NCBI GenBank assembly: GCA_015680685.1
Contig: MNCI01002612.1
Coordinates: 348,514-412,513, forward strand
Source: Gnetum montanum
Taxonomy: Eukaryota; Plantae; Gnetophyta
Length of the DNA stretch: 64,000 bases
Direction of reading: 5' to 3'
The notes beneath the pieces were generated by a model, which did not search any database, was not told the DNA's origin, and was given only the letters and a program-made list of their open reading frames with translations. Position numbers and translations under genes: made by a program. Every line of letters starts with the position of its first letter. The first letter of the stretch is position 1. Shown here one piece after another: positions 10,663-22,455 of this stretch.

Positions 10663-11629
10663 TGATGAGTCATGGTCTGTCAGGTCCTGTTATTGGACCC
10701 CTGTTATTGGATCCCTGTTATCAGGTATAGGATACCAAGTCTGATAGGTCCTGATATCAGACCCCCATTATCGGACCCCCACTATCACAGTTGTGATATC
10801 GCATACGCGATATCGCGCCTGACAAGAAATATTAGGCACACGATATCATGGTTCCTATATGAGCCTATAAATACACAATGGGATGCACAAGAAATAGTTA
10901 GTTTTTAGTGAGTTAGTTTAGTGTTAGAGTAGAGTCTTTTTGTCATTTTTTCCTCTCAATCCTTTCTCCTAGTGCATGCCCACAGTGTGATTATTTTAAT
11001 TGTATGGAACCTTTATTCGAGTGTGACGTACTTGGACATGCACATGACTAGAAATAAAGATCGAGATTACTTCATCATTTCAGCATTCACTTTGTTTAAT
11101 TATTTAATTGTTATTGTTATTTATTGCTTTCATAATTAATATCTCTTCTCCCTAAACTCCTTAAACACTAAATGAATATGACTTAATCACAAGCATTTAA
11201 GTGTGACTACTTGGTAACCCAGTAGTGTACCTAAGTCCTGTGCTTGGTAATCCCAGTAGTAGTCATGCACGAGGTCCAAGATGTGTACGGATGATTAAGG
11301 AATGGATGCTCATCGCACTTAGGCTAGTTTATATTCTCTCCCCCTATTTCCTTTTAGCATAACTCTCTCTCCCTTTTCCTCCTAGCTTAGCTAAGATTAT
11401 TTTCCATCCCATCTAGGAGTAGCATTAGTTTAGGAACACATCATACATCTCACTTTGTACTAAACTATATGTGACAAAGCAAATACTAGTCTAGGTGGGA
11501 AGACAACGAATTGTGATCAGCGAGTAACTATCTAGGTACCACAACTAGCCCGTCTACGGAGTTTGACCAGATCATGCATGAAGCGCTCGTATTTGTATGG
11601 TGAGTGTAGGGGTACCTAGCCACTCATCA
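10663..11629 (+). repeat. 5' LTR of the gag-only Athila-type element
   Basis: TGATGAG...CTCATCA; collinear with 15615-16593; TATA-like CCTATAAATA at ~10864. Confidence 0.92.
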
Positions 11630-11630
11630 T

Positions 11631-11648
11631 TGGTGTCGTTGCCGAGGA
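11631..11648 (+). promoter_or_regulatory. Primer binding site, tRNA-Asp type
   Basis: TGGTGTCGTTGCCGAGGA is a decayed TGGCGCCGTTGCCGGGGA, 1 bp after the LTR end. Confidence 0.85.
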
Positions 11649-11921
11649 TGGTGTTGGTTATTTAGATTAGTTACATCATACAAGATCGCTATAACAAAGT
11701 ATTTACGATACATCTTTTAGAAAAGAAATTAATTTCAATTAAGTCACACAATTTCACACACAATGTCTCTCTCAAAAGATTATGATAACGCAACAACTAG
11801 TAGGGAAATTCATTGGAGATCCAAAAAATTATATGATGATGAAGATGAAGTTTGGAGTACCCAATCTGATGTAGGGGTTTCCTATAAATATAAACAAAGA
11901 CAACATTGTCCCAACTCATGA

Positions 11922-12650
11922 ATGCATAACCTACCCAGTGACGATGAACCCCTACTGGCCACTACAAGCCTAACGCAAATACAAGAGGTTGTTCAAATAT
12001 CCCGCAAGCATCGTAAAGAAAGCTGTCTACCCAGGCTTGATTTAAACAACTTTTCCAAATTTTTAGGAGGCTATGATTTAGATCCGCAACATCATCTAGA
12101 AGCCTTCCATGATGCCTGTGTGTGGAAAAACATTGACAATGGATGGCAAAAACTTAAGCTTTTTCCTACGACACTCGTTGGCCAAGTAAAAGTATGGTAT
12201 AGGTCCTTAAAACCAAAATCAATCTGACATTGGCCAACAATGTAGAGCTCTTCAATGAAAGATATCAAACCTATGCAAGAGTGTCAGCCTTGAGGAGACA
12301 AATCCAAGAGTGGAAACAAGCACAACATGAACCCTTGGACATGGCTTTAGAAAGATATTATGCNNNNNNNNNNNNNNNNNTAAGCGGGTAGAAAAAGAAG
12401 AAGGAGAAATGGCTAAATGGGAGAATGCTGAGAAATCTCAATAGGCCCAAAAAAAAAACAAGAGCCCATGATTATGAAGAGGAAAAATCAACTCACCTTA
12501 AGGAGGTAGAACCATCTTTGCTAGTACTACAATTGTTGGATGAAATTGAGGCAAAGATCAATAAGATGATGGAATGGATGCATAAAAAATGTGGAGAATA
12601 TGCCAACATTATTGGAGATAGAGTCATGAAAAACCAAGAAGCAAGATGAA
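11922..12650 (+). pseudogene. gag: Retrotransposon gag remnant
   Basis: FLGGYDLDPQHHLEAFHDAC...KLKLFPTTLVGQVKVWYRSL; homologous to 57670-57996; stops, a frameshift and an N gap. Confidence 0.85.
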
Positions 12651-15005
12651 ACACCTTTAGAAAATCAAAAATAAGGGTAGAAAAGAATAAGAACTTAACT
12701 GCCAATCATACGTATCAATGTAACGTTTTCCTGTACAATCACCCCAAGGGCCAATGTCCAATCTTGTCACATTTATAGGAGCATTGGGGAAGAGTGTTAC
12801 ATCCTGAGTTTGTACAGAGATACTATGTTCGATCACAGTGGCAACAATCCTAGTTGTGGAGGAAGCCACCCTTGAACTGGTTACACCCTTCATACCATCC
12901 AGACCTAAGTGCTTATCAAGTTCAACATCCTATTTCTCCAAATGAGTCAACATATTCTATCTCACCATATGATTATCATTCTCCTCAATATTATCAACCC
13001 ATATCCTCTCCAACACAACCACCACCTTGGATACCTTACGCTCCTTCTCAATTTCAAAATTCTCATCCTTCACTTCCTTCTACATTGCCACTAAGTGTTC
13101 TAGAAGGGTTTTCACCACAACATCAACCCACGAATGTTACTTGTGCTTCTACTATCAATAGTAGTGAGAATCCTCCACAACATCATAGGCATCCCTTCTG
13201 TAGACATGATCGTAGAAAGGGACACCATAGTTCAGAAACCACTACATCTACCAACTCAGCACAAGTCCAACACTGTGGTGCATCTTCCTCTTCGAACCCA
13301 ACGGCTCATGTTACTTTCTCTGGGCCACCAACCAATACTCCAACAACCATACAACCTAATGAATATAGCCATGTAGGGAGACATATCGATCCTTGCATAC
13401 CATCTTACAGTCACAAGTACCATAGTGGGTCAACTCCTTATAAATTAACCACATCTTATAACTTGCCCCACTATGTCAACTCCAATCCAGTGTGTGAATC
13501 CCAATGGGGTAAGTATGACCAAGTCCCAATATTTCCAACGTGCAAGGATCCCAACTTTTCATTTATTAATCCTTGACATACTCAACTGTTTAATTATGGG
13601 GGATACCCCCCATTCTAATAACAAGCAGGATTAATAAATATTTTTCATTTTCTTTAATTTTAAATTTTTTTTTCAGGTTTTCACTTTTCAACTTATTGTT
13701 TGATCTTTTTACCTTTTTATGAGTAATCTCATTTAGGAATAAAACACTCATGTGAACCATTCGTTGAGGTGTTGTTTTATGCTATCAAGTCTCAAGTGAC
13801 TAATTATTTGAACAGCGAGCCCACAACATCCATCCACCCATTCTATTAATAAGGGGTTCTACCTTGGGTACAATGATATTCTTAATCATGAAAACTTAAA
13901 GTAACCTTATGTTATCATACCTAGAGTGAATAATGATGGACCAAGAAGGAATGGCCAAGGTGTGACATCAAGGGGACTTGTGGATTCTCTTTGGTGACAT
14001 CTGTAGGAGTTATCATACAACTTTGTTGTACTAAAATCCTTGTAGATCTAATGAAAAATGGGAGTAAGAGTAATCAAAGGCACTCAATCAAGGAAAAATA
14101 ATGCTATTCTAGGGGGTCCCATTAGAAAGACATGTACCCATGCCTGAAGGTAGGCGACTTCTCTGGATTAAGCATTCAAAAAAAAGAGAGAGTGTGCCAA
14201 AGTAGCCACACAAAAAGAACAAAGAAAAAGACATGTGTGCTGTAAAGAAAAAAAAATCACTCCTCCTTTGAATGAAATGCCAAGTGATCATATGCCTTGT
14301 TGTCATGGTGCTCTTATTGTTGTCTATCATTGGGGTGAAACAATGCGATGTCACTGATAAGAGGAATGGACTTGGTCTTGATTTTTGAGCAATAGGTTAA
14401 TGACACATTAATCATGCCTTACACTAAGGATTCATTGTGCCCTAGGTCAGTTACCTCATATCCCAATCTTTGCAATCCCTTCTATAATTTGCATCATCTC
14501 GTTGTTCATGTATTTTTGACTTGTGTCTTGTATAACATTGAATTCATACCTCATTATGGTGATATCTACATGTGTGTGTTTTGTGAAATTGGTGTGGATT
14601 GCATTTAACCCTTCTAGTGCCTATGGACATTTTAAGGTGTGGTTACATAAGGGCATTATAGGTTGGAACCTGCTTTGGGGAGGACCCACTTGCGTGACTT
14701 TTGTAATTTGTACTTGTTGCACACCACCACATCATCATATACCCTTTGAGTACTTCATTGCCAAAGATATTCTTTCCTTTTTCATCATTTTATCAAATGT
14801 TCCTCAAAACCAGGTCCTTTTATGTATCACCTAAACAAACCAGGTCTGACATTAAACTTTTAGGGCAACTTCCTTGAAAACATTTCTAACTCTAAAATCA
14901 CACTAAGCAAAGAATTCAACATTTATTAAAGGTAATGAGTAAGGTATGAAATCATTGAACTTCTTTCAATAACCTTACTAACAATTGATCTTTGTGTGAT
15001 TATAG

Positions 15006-15442
15006 ATGGCCCCTAAAAGAGGACAAAAAGATGGACCTTCTCAAGGTGCAACTGAACACCTAGGGTGAGGCAGAGACCAAGGACCTCATGCAGAACATGT
15101 AGAGTAGGAGGCACAATCATTCAGCATCTATCAAGGACTCCTGTTACTACATAATCTATCCAAGAAAAAGGAGGAGAGGTCAGGGATTGAGCCTATGAAG
15201 AGGAACGATGAATATTTGCGGCATGACATGTCAAGGCGAATCAAGTGTTCCTGCAGCTTCCGTGTCCATGGAAAGTGTTGACTCCATTAAACATTGGAGC
15301 ATCAGCATGGATAGCTCATAATCTATGGATAGAAGAGGAGAAACATCAGACGCTTCTTCAATGGTATCACTCTTAGAAGCCTAGAGCGTAGAACAAAGGA
15401 AAGGCACCCATGGAGGAGCCACCACCCCAAGGAATCCCATGA
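15006..15442 (+). pseudogene. Degenerate extra 3' ORF (MAPKRGQKDGPSQG...) in the Athila env-like position
   Basis: ATG immediately follows a TGTGTGATTATAG acceptor-like motif; purine-rich, coding-like sequence with stops; lies just upstream of the PPT. Confidence 0.45.
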
Positions 15443-15614
15443 GTTCCACAAGTTTTGTCTTTTGTATCTATGTCTAATTTTTTTAATTCTCCACTACAGC
15501 ATGAATAAATTCCTAGTCAGTCAATAATCCCATACCTATCCACTATGTAATCAATTGAACTTCTTCCTCACTTTCTTTGACTCGAGGACGAGTTGTTATT
15601 TAGTTGTGGGGGTA

Positions 15615-16593
15615 TGATAAGTGATGGTCTGTCAAGTCCTGTTATCGAACCCCTATTATTGGACCCCTATTATCGGATCCCTATTATCAGGTATAAGATA
15701 CCAAGTATGATAGGTCTTGATATCAGACCCCCATTATTGGACCCACGATATCGCAACCGTGATATCGCATATGCGATATCACGCTTGACAAGTGATATCG
15801 GGTACGCGATATCATGGTTCCCATGTGAGCCTATAAATATACAATGGGGCGCATGGGAAATAGTAAGTTTTTAGTGAGTTAGTTTAGTGTTAGAGTAGAG
15901 TCCTTTTGTCATTTTTCCTCTCAACCCTTTCTTCCAGTGCATGCCTACAGTGATGATTGTAATTGTACAAGACCTTTATTCAAATGTGACGTACTTGGAC
16001 ATGCACATGACCAAAAATAAAGATCAATATTACTTCATCATTACAGCATTCACTTTGTTTAATTATTTAATTGTTATTGTTATTTATTTCTTTCGTAGTT
16101 AATATCTCTTCTCCCTAAACTCCTTAAATGTGGAATGAATACAACTTAATCATAAGAATTTAAGTGTAACTACTTGGTAACCCAGTAGCGTACCTAAGAT
16201 CTGCACTTGGTAATCCTAGTAGTAGCCATGCACGAGGTCCAAGATGTGTAAAGATGATTAAGGAATAGATGCTCATCACACTTAGGCTGGTTTAGATTCT
16301 CTCCCCCTATTTCCTCTTAGCATAACTCTCTCCCCCTTTTCCTCCTAGCTTAGCTAAGATTATTTTCCATCCCCTCCAGGAGTAGCATTAGTTTAGGAAC
16401 ACATCATACACCTTACTTTGGACTAAACCATATGTGACAAAGCAAATACTAGTCCAGGTGGGAAGACAATGAATTGTGATCAGTGAGTAACTATCTAGAT
16501 ACCACAACTAGCCCGTCTACGGAGTTCGACCAGATCGTGCGTGAAACGCTCGTATTCGTATAGTTGAGTGTAGGTGTACCTAGCCACTCATCA
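15615..16593 (+). repeat. 3' LTR of the gag-only Athila-type element
   Basis: TGATAAG...CTCATCA; highly similar to 10663-11629; followed by CTATC. Confidence 0.92.
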
Positions 16594-17541
16594 CTATCAA
16601 ACAAATAATTTTTAATAATATCTATACAAAATATGCATTTCATAGGCTTATTTCTATAAGTTGCTTAATTTTAAAGTGTTAATAAATTTTGTACTCTATC
16701 ATGTAACCTTAGATGATCAACTACGAGTCTATGCATATCGCAACCCATTGATAGTGATGAACATGCAAGTACATGAAATTAGCAGTCTCTTGTAGTACAT
16801 TATAACTATGTATGTCATTTAGCTATGAATCAGTGCAAATGGTTGTTACTTGTAGCAAAACAATAATCAAGAATTTCCAAAGGAATGTAATGTGCATGTC
16901 ATTGCAACATTCCAAATGAATGGTGTGAAGTTCTACGAGTCATGAAAATGTGGTGGACTACAAAACCAGTGTTGCTTGCATGCACATGCAGTGTTAAATT
17001 ATTTCAATGTGAGGTCTCGCAACTAGTAAATAAATGTCTTGGTGGTACTTAAATGCGATTCACATGTCATTGCATTTCACAACAGAAATGACTTTTTACC
17101 AGTGTAAGATGATGCAAGGCATAGAATGGTGAGCCAACTATTTTACTGTAAACATATTACGATGTCATGCATTTCACTTGATATCGCAGTCTAGAATAGC
17201 AAGCCAATTTTGATAGTGCAAGTAGATGTGATGCACATGGTATCAATGTTTATAATTGCAAATATTGAGCCATAGCTCACAGTGCAACCGACTATGTTAT
17301 GCATGTAATCACATTTAAAAATAAAAATGGATGTTTGATAGTGTGATTATCTACAATCTGCATGATTTTGAAGCATTCTCAGTCAAATAAAATAGTGTGA
17401 GATCATGTGAGTCATAGTATTGCACATCTATGGTTGCAAGAAACTACAAACTACATGACTTTAGAGAAATCTAAACCACGATTTCATGCAAGTCGCATGT
17501 TCTTGAAGTATGTTTAAAGTCAATGTTCAATAAATGTAGTC

Positions 17542-18503
17542 TATGGATTGNATGGTTTGAGGAATCCACACCCTATACAATCTTCAAGCCTTATTCTAAA
17601 GTTTTGTGTTGCAACACAAACCACTCAACTTTGCAAGGTTCCATTAGGTTTGGAATGTGGTTTCCAAGCTTCCACAAATTTTACAATCTTTATCTCTACT
17701 CAAAATTTTTGTGCCACAACACCAACCACTCAATCCTGTAGGATTCTGACAAGGTCAATCAATATGCCTTCCCATAAGAAGCACATCAACCCCATAGGGC
17801 AACAAGAGAACAATAATTACAAGGGATGAATGTAACTTAGTTTACTAATCTTTGTACTTTGAGGTACAACACTCTTTACAATGAACAAATGATGATACAA
17901 TGAAGAGAAATAGTGATTACAATAATAGAAAAATGATTAGATAATGATTGTACATAATCTTGCATATTTCCCAATGCATATGATACCTTCTTATAGTTTC
18001 ATGTTTTCAAATCCATCCTATAACTCATTCAAGGTTTAGCTAATGATCACTAATGGTCATGAAAGATGTCTTCTTCATGCATGAGATGTCTTTTTGTATT
18101 TACCCTCTATTCTAGGAAGATGTCTTTGTCTAGGAAAGACGTCTTTCTAAAATCTTTATTCTAGGAAGATGTCTTTGTCTGATGGAAGATATATTTTTGA
18201 AACTAAGCCTACATTCTGTGAAGATGTCTTTGTTTGAAAAAAGATATTTTTTGTTTCTTAAAGATTTCTTTGCCTAAGCATCCTTTAATTCTACCAAGAT
18301 GTATATTGTTTCGCAAAGATGTCTTTTTTCAACTTCCTTTGAATGATGAGTTCGTTATTCCTTATCCATCCTCATCAAACTTCTGCAAATCTTCTTGTCT
18401 TGATTCAAGGTTTTTTTTTTGGCAAGCACAACAATCACACACATATACAAGCAACTTATGTTCTTCATTTTTCTTAAATTTTTGATGTACCAAAAGATCA
18501 AAA
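17542..18503 (-). repeat. 3' LTR of SIRE-like Copia (about 160 bp missing at the N join)
   Basis: Collinear with 22618-23588; contains the AAGATGTCTT repeat cluster. Confidence 0.8.
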
Positions 18504-18719
18504 ATCTCCCCCTTTTTGGTAATGTTCAAAACTTAAGAAAATGATTTAGTAATACACAATAATAAAAAGGTTTATTCTTCCCCTTTTTGGACATAACCAA
18601 AAAGGTGAGGCAAGCTTCCCCTAAATAGATGCATAAAAAATATTTTTGGTGTTTTATTTTTGTTTTTGTTTTTGTGCTAAATAAGGATAGAAAGAATGAA
18701 AAGACTCACATGGCAAGAC

Positions 18720-21700
18720 AAGGTCCTATCCCCATATCTTTAGATAGAGATGCCAACTGATGTTTATCTAGAGGTTTGGTGAAGGCATTAGCTAGTTGAC
18801 TTTCAATTCTAATAAATTTTAGCCTTACTTGACCACATTGTGTATGTTCTTATATAAAGTGATGATGAATCTTAATATGTTTGGTACAAGAATGTTGGAT
18901 GGAATTTTTTGTCATGTCAATGGTGCTCTTGTTGTCATAGTAAATAGAAGTTAAGTCTACGTTTACTCCTAAATCTTTGAGAGTTTCTTTCATCCAAAGT
19001 AATTAAGCATAATAATTACTAGTAGAGATATATTCAGCTTTTGCTATTTTGAGAGAGTCATAGAGGTTTGCTTCTTGGTAAGCCAAGAGACAAGACTTCT
19101 TCCCAAGAAGAAATAGTTGCGACTTGTGCTATGATGATCATCAAAACAACCTACATCATAGTAATCAACAAGATCAAGGGAGAAATCCTTTAGATACCAA
19201 AGGCCCTAGTTAGCAGTACCTTTTAAGTAGTGAAAAATTCATTTAAGAGCTTGGTAATGAGAATCTTTTGGGGTTGACTAATATCTAGCACACAATCCTA
19301 CACTTAATGCTATATTTGGTCTACTAGCACTGAAATAAAGAAGACTACTAATCATTCCTCTATAAAGTTTGGGATCAATTGGCTTACCTTGATCATCTTT
19401 AATAAGCTTAGAATTTGCAGCCATAGGAGTAACTTTAACTTTGACATCACCTAAGCTGTATTGGAGTAGAAGATCTTTTATATATTTGGTTTGACATATG
19501 AAGGTTCCATCAGTTGTTTAATAGATTTGAAACCTAAGAAAGTTCTTGAGTTCTCCCATCATGCTCATTTCAAATTCAGACTGCATGAGATCAAAGAGTT
19601 TCTTGCAAAGAATTTTGTTAGTAGCACCAAAAATAATATCATCAATAGAGGTTTGAAAAATTAGAATATCTTTACCTTCTCTTTTAAGAAATAATGTAAC
19701 ATTAACTTTACCTCTTTCAAATCCATTTGAAATGAGGTGTTGAGAAAGCTCTTAGAGCTTGTTTAAGATCATAAAAAGCTTTCTTGAGCTTGTAGACATG
19801 ATCAATCTTGATGGAATTAACAAATCCTTCAAGTTGTTCAATGTAAACTTCTTCTTATATGGTTTCATTTAAGAAGGTGCTTTTGACATCCATTTCATAG
19901 AGCTTGATGTTATTAAAGCTAGCATAGGAAAGAAGAAGTCTAAGAGATTCCAACCTAGCAACAGGAGCAAAAGTTTCATTAAAATCTATTCTTTATTATT
20001 GGTTGTATCCTTTGGCAACCAATCTAGCCTTATTTTTAATGATGTTTTCATTATCATCAGTCTTGTTGCTAAAGATCCATTTTGTTCCAATGATAAGTTT
20101 ACCAGTGGGCCTTGGTGTTAATTTTCATATGTCATTTCAAGGAAATTGAATAAGTTCATCTTGCATAGTAGAAATCCATCCTTCCTCTTATTCAACTTCC
20201 TTAAAGGTTTTGAGTTCAAGTTGGGAGACATATGTGGAAAAGACATACATTTCTTTGATTTGGCTTTTAGTATGAATACCATCTTGAACTTCCCTAATTA
20301 CATCATTAAGAGAGTAAGTTTTACTAAGTCTAGGCATTTTTGGTAGAGGGGAATATTTCTTGATCATCATAATTTTCATCCTCTTCATGATCACTACTAA
20401 ATTCTAAATTTTTGTCATCTTGCACTACAGTTGGACTAGAGAATTTTTGAATGGGAATGGTTTCATCATCAGGTTGAGGAGAAGTAATGTCATAATAATA
20501 TATTTTAACATTTATGGTTTCCTCCCCTGTATTTGTTCTTTTGTTAAACAATATGTATGCCCTACTAACTAGAGAATATCCTAAGAGAATTCCTTCATCA
20601 GTTTTTGTATTAAACTTTCTTAAGTTATCTTTATCATTCAAAATATAGTATTTTGAACCAAAAACATGAAAATAAGAAACTAAAGGTTTTCTACCAATCC
20701 ATAATTCGTATAGAGGTTTAGAAGTGAATTTTCTTAATAGAACTCTATTGGACATGTAACAGGTAGTATTGATGGCTTTGACCTAGATGTGATGAGGAAG
20801 GCTTCAATCATTTAATATCATTCTCCCCATCTTGTTTAAGATTCTGTTCTTTCTTTTAGCTACACCATTTTATTGAGGAGTTTTTGCAATAGAGAATTAA
20901 TGTAGAATGCCATTCATTTGATAGACATGTTCAAATTTTGCATTTTGGAACTCACCTCCATTATCACTTCTAATAACTTTAATACCATATCCTTTTTCTT
21001 TCTTGATCTGATTGCTAATTCTCAAAAAATGATCAAACACCTCATCTTTGTGATATAAAAAGGCAACTGAAGTAAAGTGAGAATAATTATCAACAATGGT
21101 CAAAAAATTTCTTTTCTTTCCTAAGTTGAGAGTTTGAATTGGACCAACCATATCCATATGAAGTAGATCTAAGAGATGAGCAATAGAAATACAATTTTTC
21201 TTACCAAATATTACCCTCTTTTGTTTTCCTTTTTAATAGGCTTCGCATGTATTTAGGTTGAACTCTCTTAGCTTAGGGAGACCATGGACCACTTCTTTAG
21301 ATACCAAGGTTTGGAGAATTTCCTTATTTATGTGGCCCAACTTCTTGTGCCAAAGATGTGTATCTTCTGCACAACTTACTAAACACTTGATTTCATGGTC
21401 AGGAGAATTTTCAAAAATAGTGGTATACACATTTCATTTTCTAGATCCTTTAATTACAGCATTTCTAGTAGATAAATCTTGTATTTTACAACTTTTTTTT
21501 TGAAAAGTTAACATTAAAATTTGACTCACAAAGTTGACTTACACTAAGAAGATTATGTTTGAATCCATCAATAAAAAACACTTTTTTTACAGTTGGTAAT
21601 CCCTTACCTTTACCTCCTATGGTACCAATACCTATTATAGGTGCTTCCATGTCATCTCCAAAATTGATTATATCATAACTTTATTCAGTGAAATGGGTGA

Positions 21701-22240
21701 AGTAGGATTTGTCACTTGTCATGTGCCTTGAATACCCATTTTCAATATACCATGTACTAGAATTGTCACTAAAGAAAGTAACTTGAGCCATCAAATTTGT
21801 TTTAGTCTTCCCTTCTTTTTCTCTTCAAACCTACATGGTTCGCTTTCTAGGTTGGTTTTGCAAATACTAAGAATGGTGATGCATTCTAAGATAGGAAAAG
21901 GCTTGAATATGGGCTATATTTACCACAAAAAAAGCATTTGAAGGTATTTGGTTTAGGAGATTTAGCAAACTTGGATAAATGCTATTTTTGATTTTTGGAT
22001 TTTTCCATAGAGCTCTTGTTCACCAACTCAAACATTCTTGTTAGTTTTTGAATCTCAACCTTGAGGTATGAGTTTTCCTTTTTGAGATAAGAGCATTCAT
22101 CATTAAGAACTTTGACTTTTATTTCCTTGGCATGTAAAGCATCTTTTATTTTAATGCACAAATTTTGAAAAGAAAGAATGTTATGGCAAATAATCTCATA
22201 CCTATCTTCAAAGGAAGCATCATTTTGATAATCACAAGAA
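18720..22240 (-). pseudogene. pol: Copia pol (PR-INT-RT-RNaseH) with a short gag C-terminal remnant
   Basis: WYIENGYSRHMT (PR); LWHKKLGHIN, MDMVGP, IRSDNGGEF (INT); NKARLVAKGYNQ, ETFAPVARLES, MDVKSTFLN, IDDIIFG (RT); TKHIKIHHHFI, QLANAFTKPL (RH). Many stops. Confidence 0.9.
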
Positions 22241-22440
22241 TTATTACCTTTACATGCATCATTTTCTAACTTTTTGAATGTACGAAAGAAAACAAGATAC
22301 TTACCTTGATAATAGATGCCACAAATGAATTAAGCACACTAATTGATGATGTACATTATGCTCTTTATCCAAATATGTTCAATGTTAAGTATTCCTTCCA
22401 TGTTCACTCTTGAAGATTGATATAGAAAGTAAGAGTACCA

Positions 22441-22453
22441 AGCTTCGATACCA
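22441..22453 (-). promoter_or_regulatory. Primer binding site, tRNA-iMet type
   Basis: Minus strand reads TGGTATCGAAGCT (canonical TGGTATCAGAGC), 2 bp inside the LTR end. Confidence 0.8.
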
Positions 22454-22455
22454 CT

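Larger units (their letters stand above)
10663..16593 (+). mobile_element. Non-autonomous (gag-only) Athila-type Ty3/Gypsy LTR retrotransposon, 5.9 kb
   Basis: Two LTRs with TGAT...ATCA ends, TSD CTATT/CTATC, tRNA-Asp-type PBS, G-rich PPT at ~15603-15612, a gag remnant, and no PR/RT/RH/INT motifs seen. Confidence 0.9.

Noticed and set aside
10663-10700. Hammerhead ribozyme core suggested by TGATGAG at LTR starts
   Set aside because: It is the LTR terminal inverted repeat (pairs with CTCATCA); no stem II-GAAA arrangement follows.
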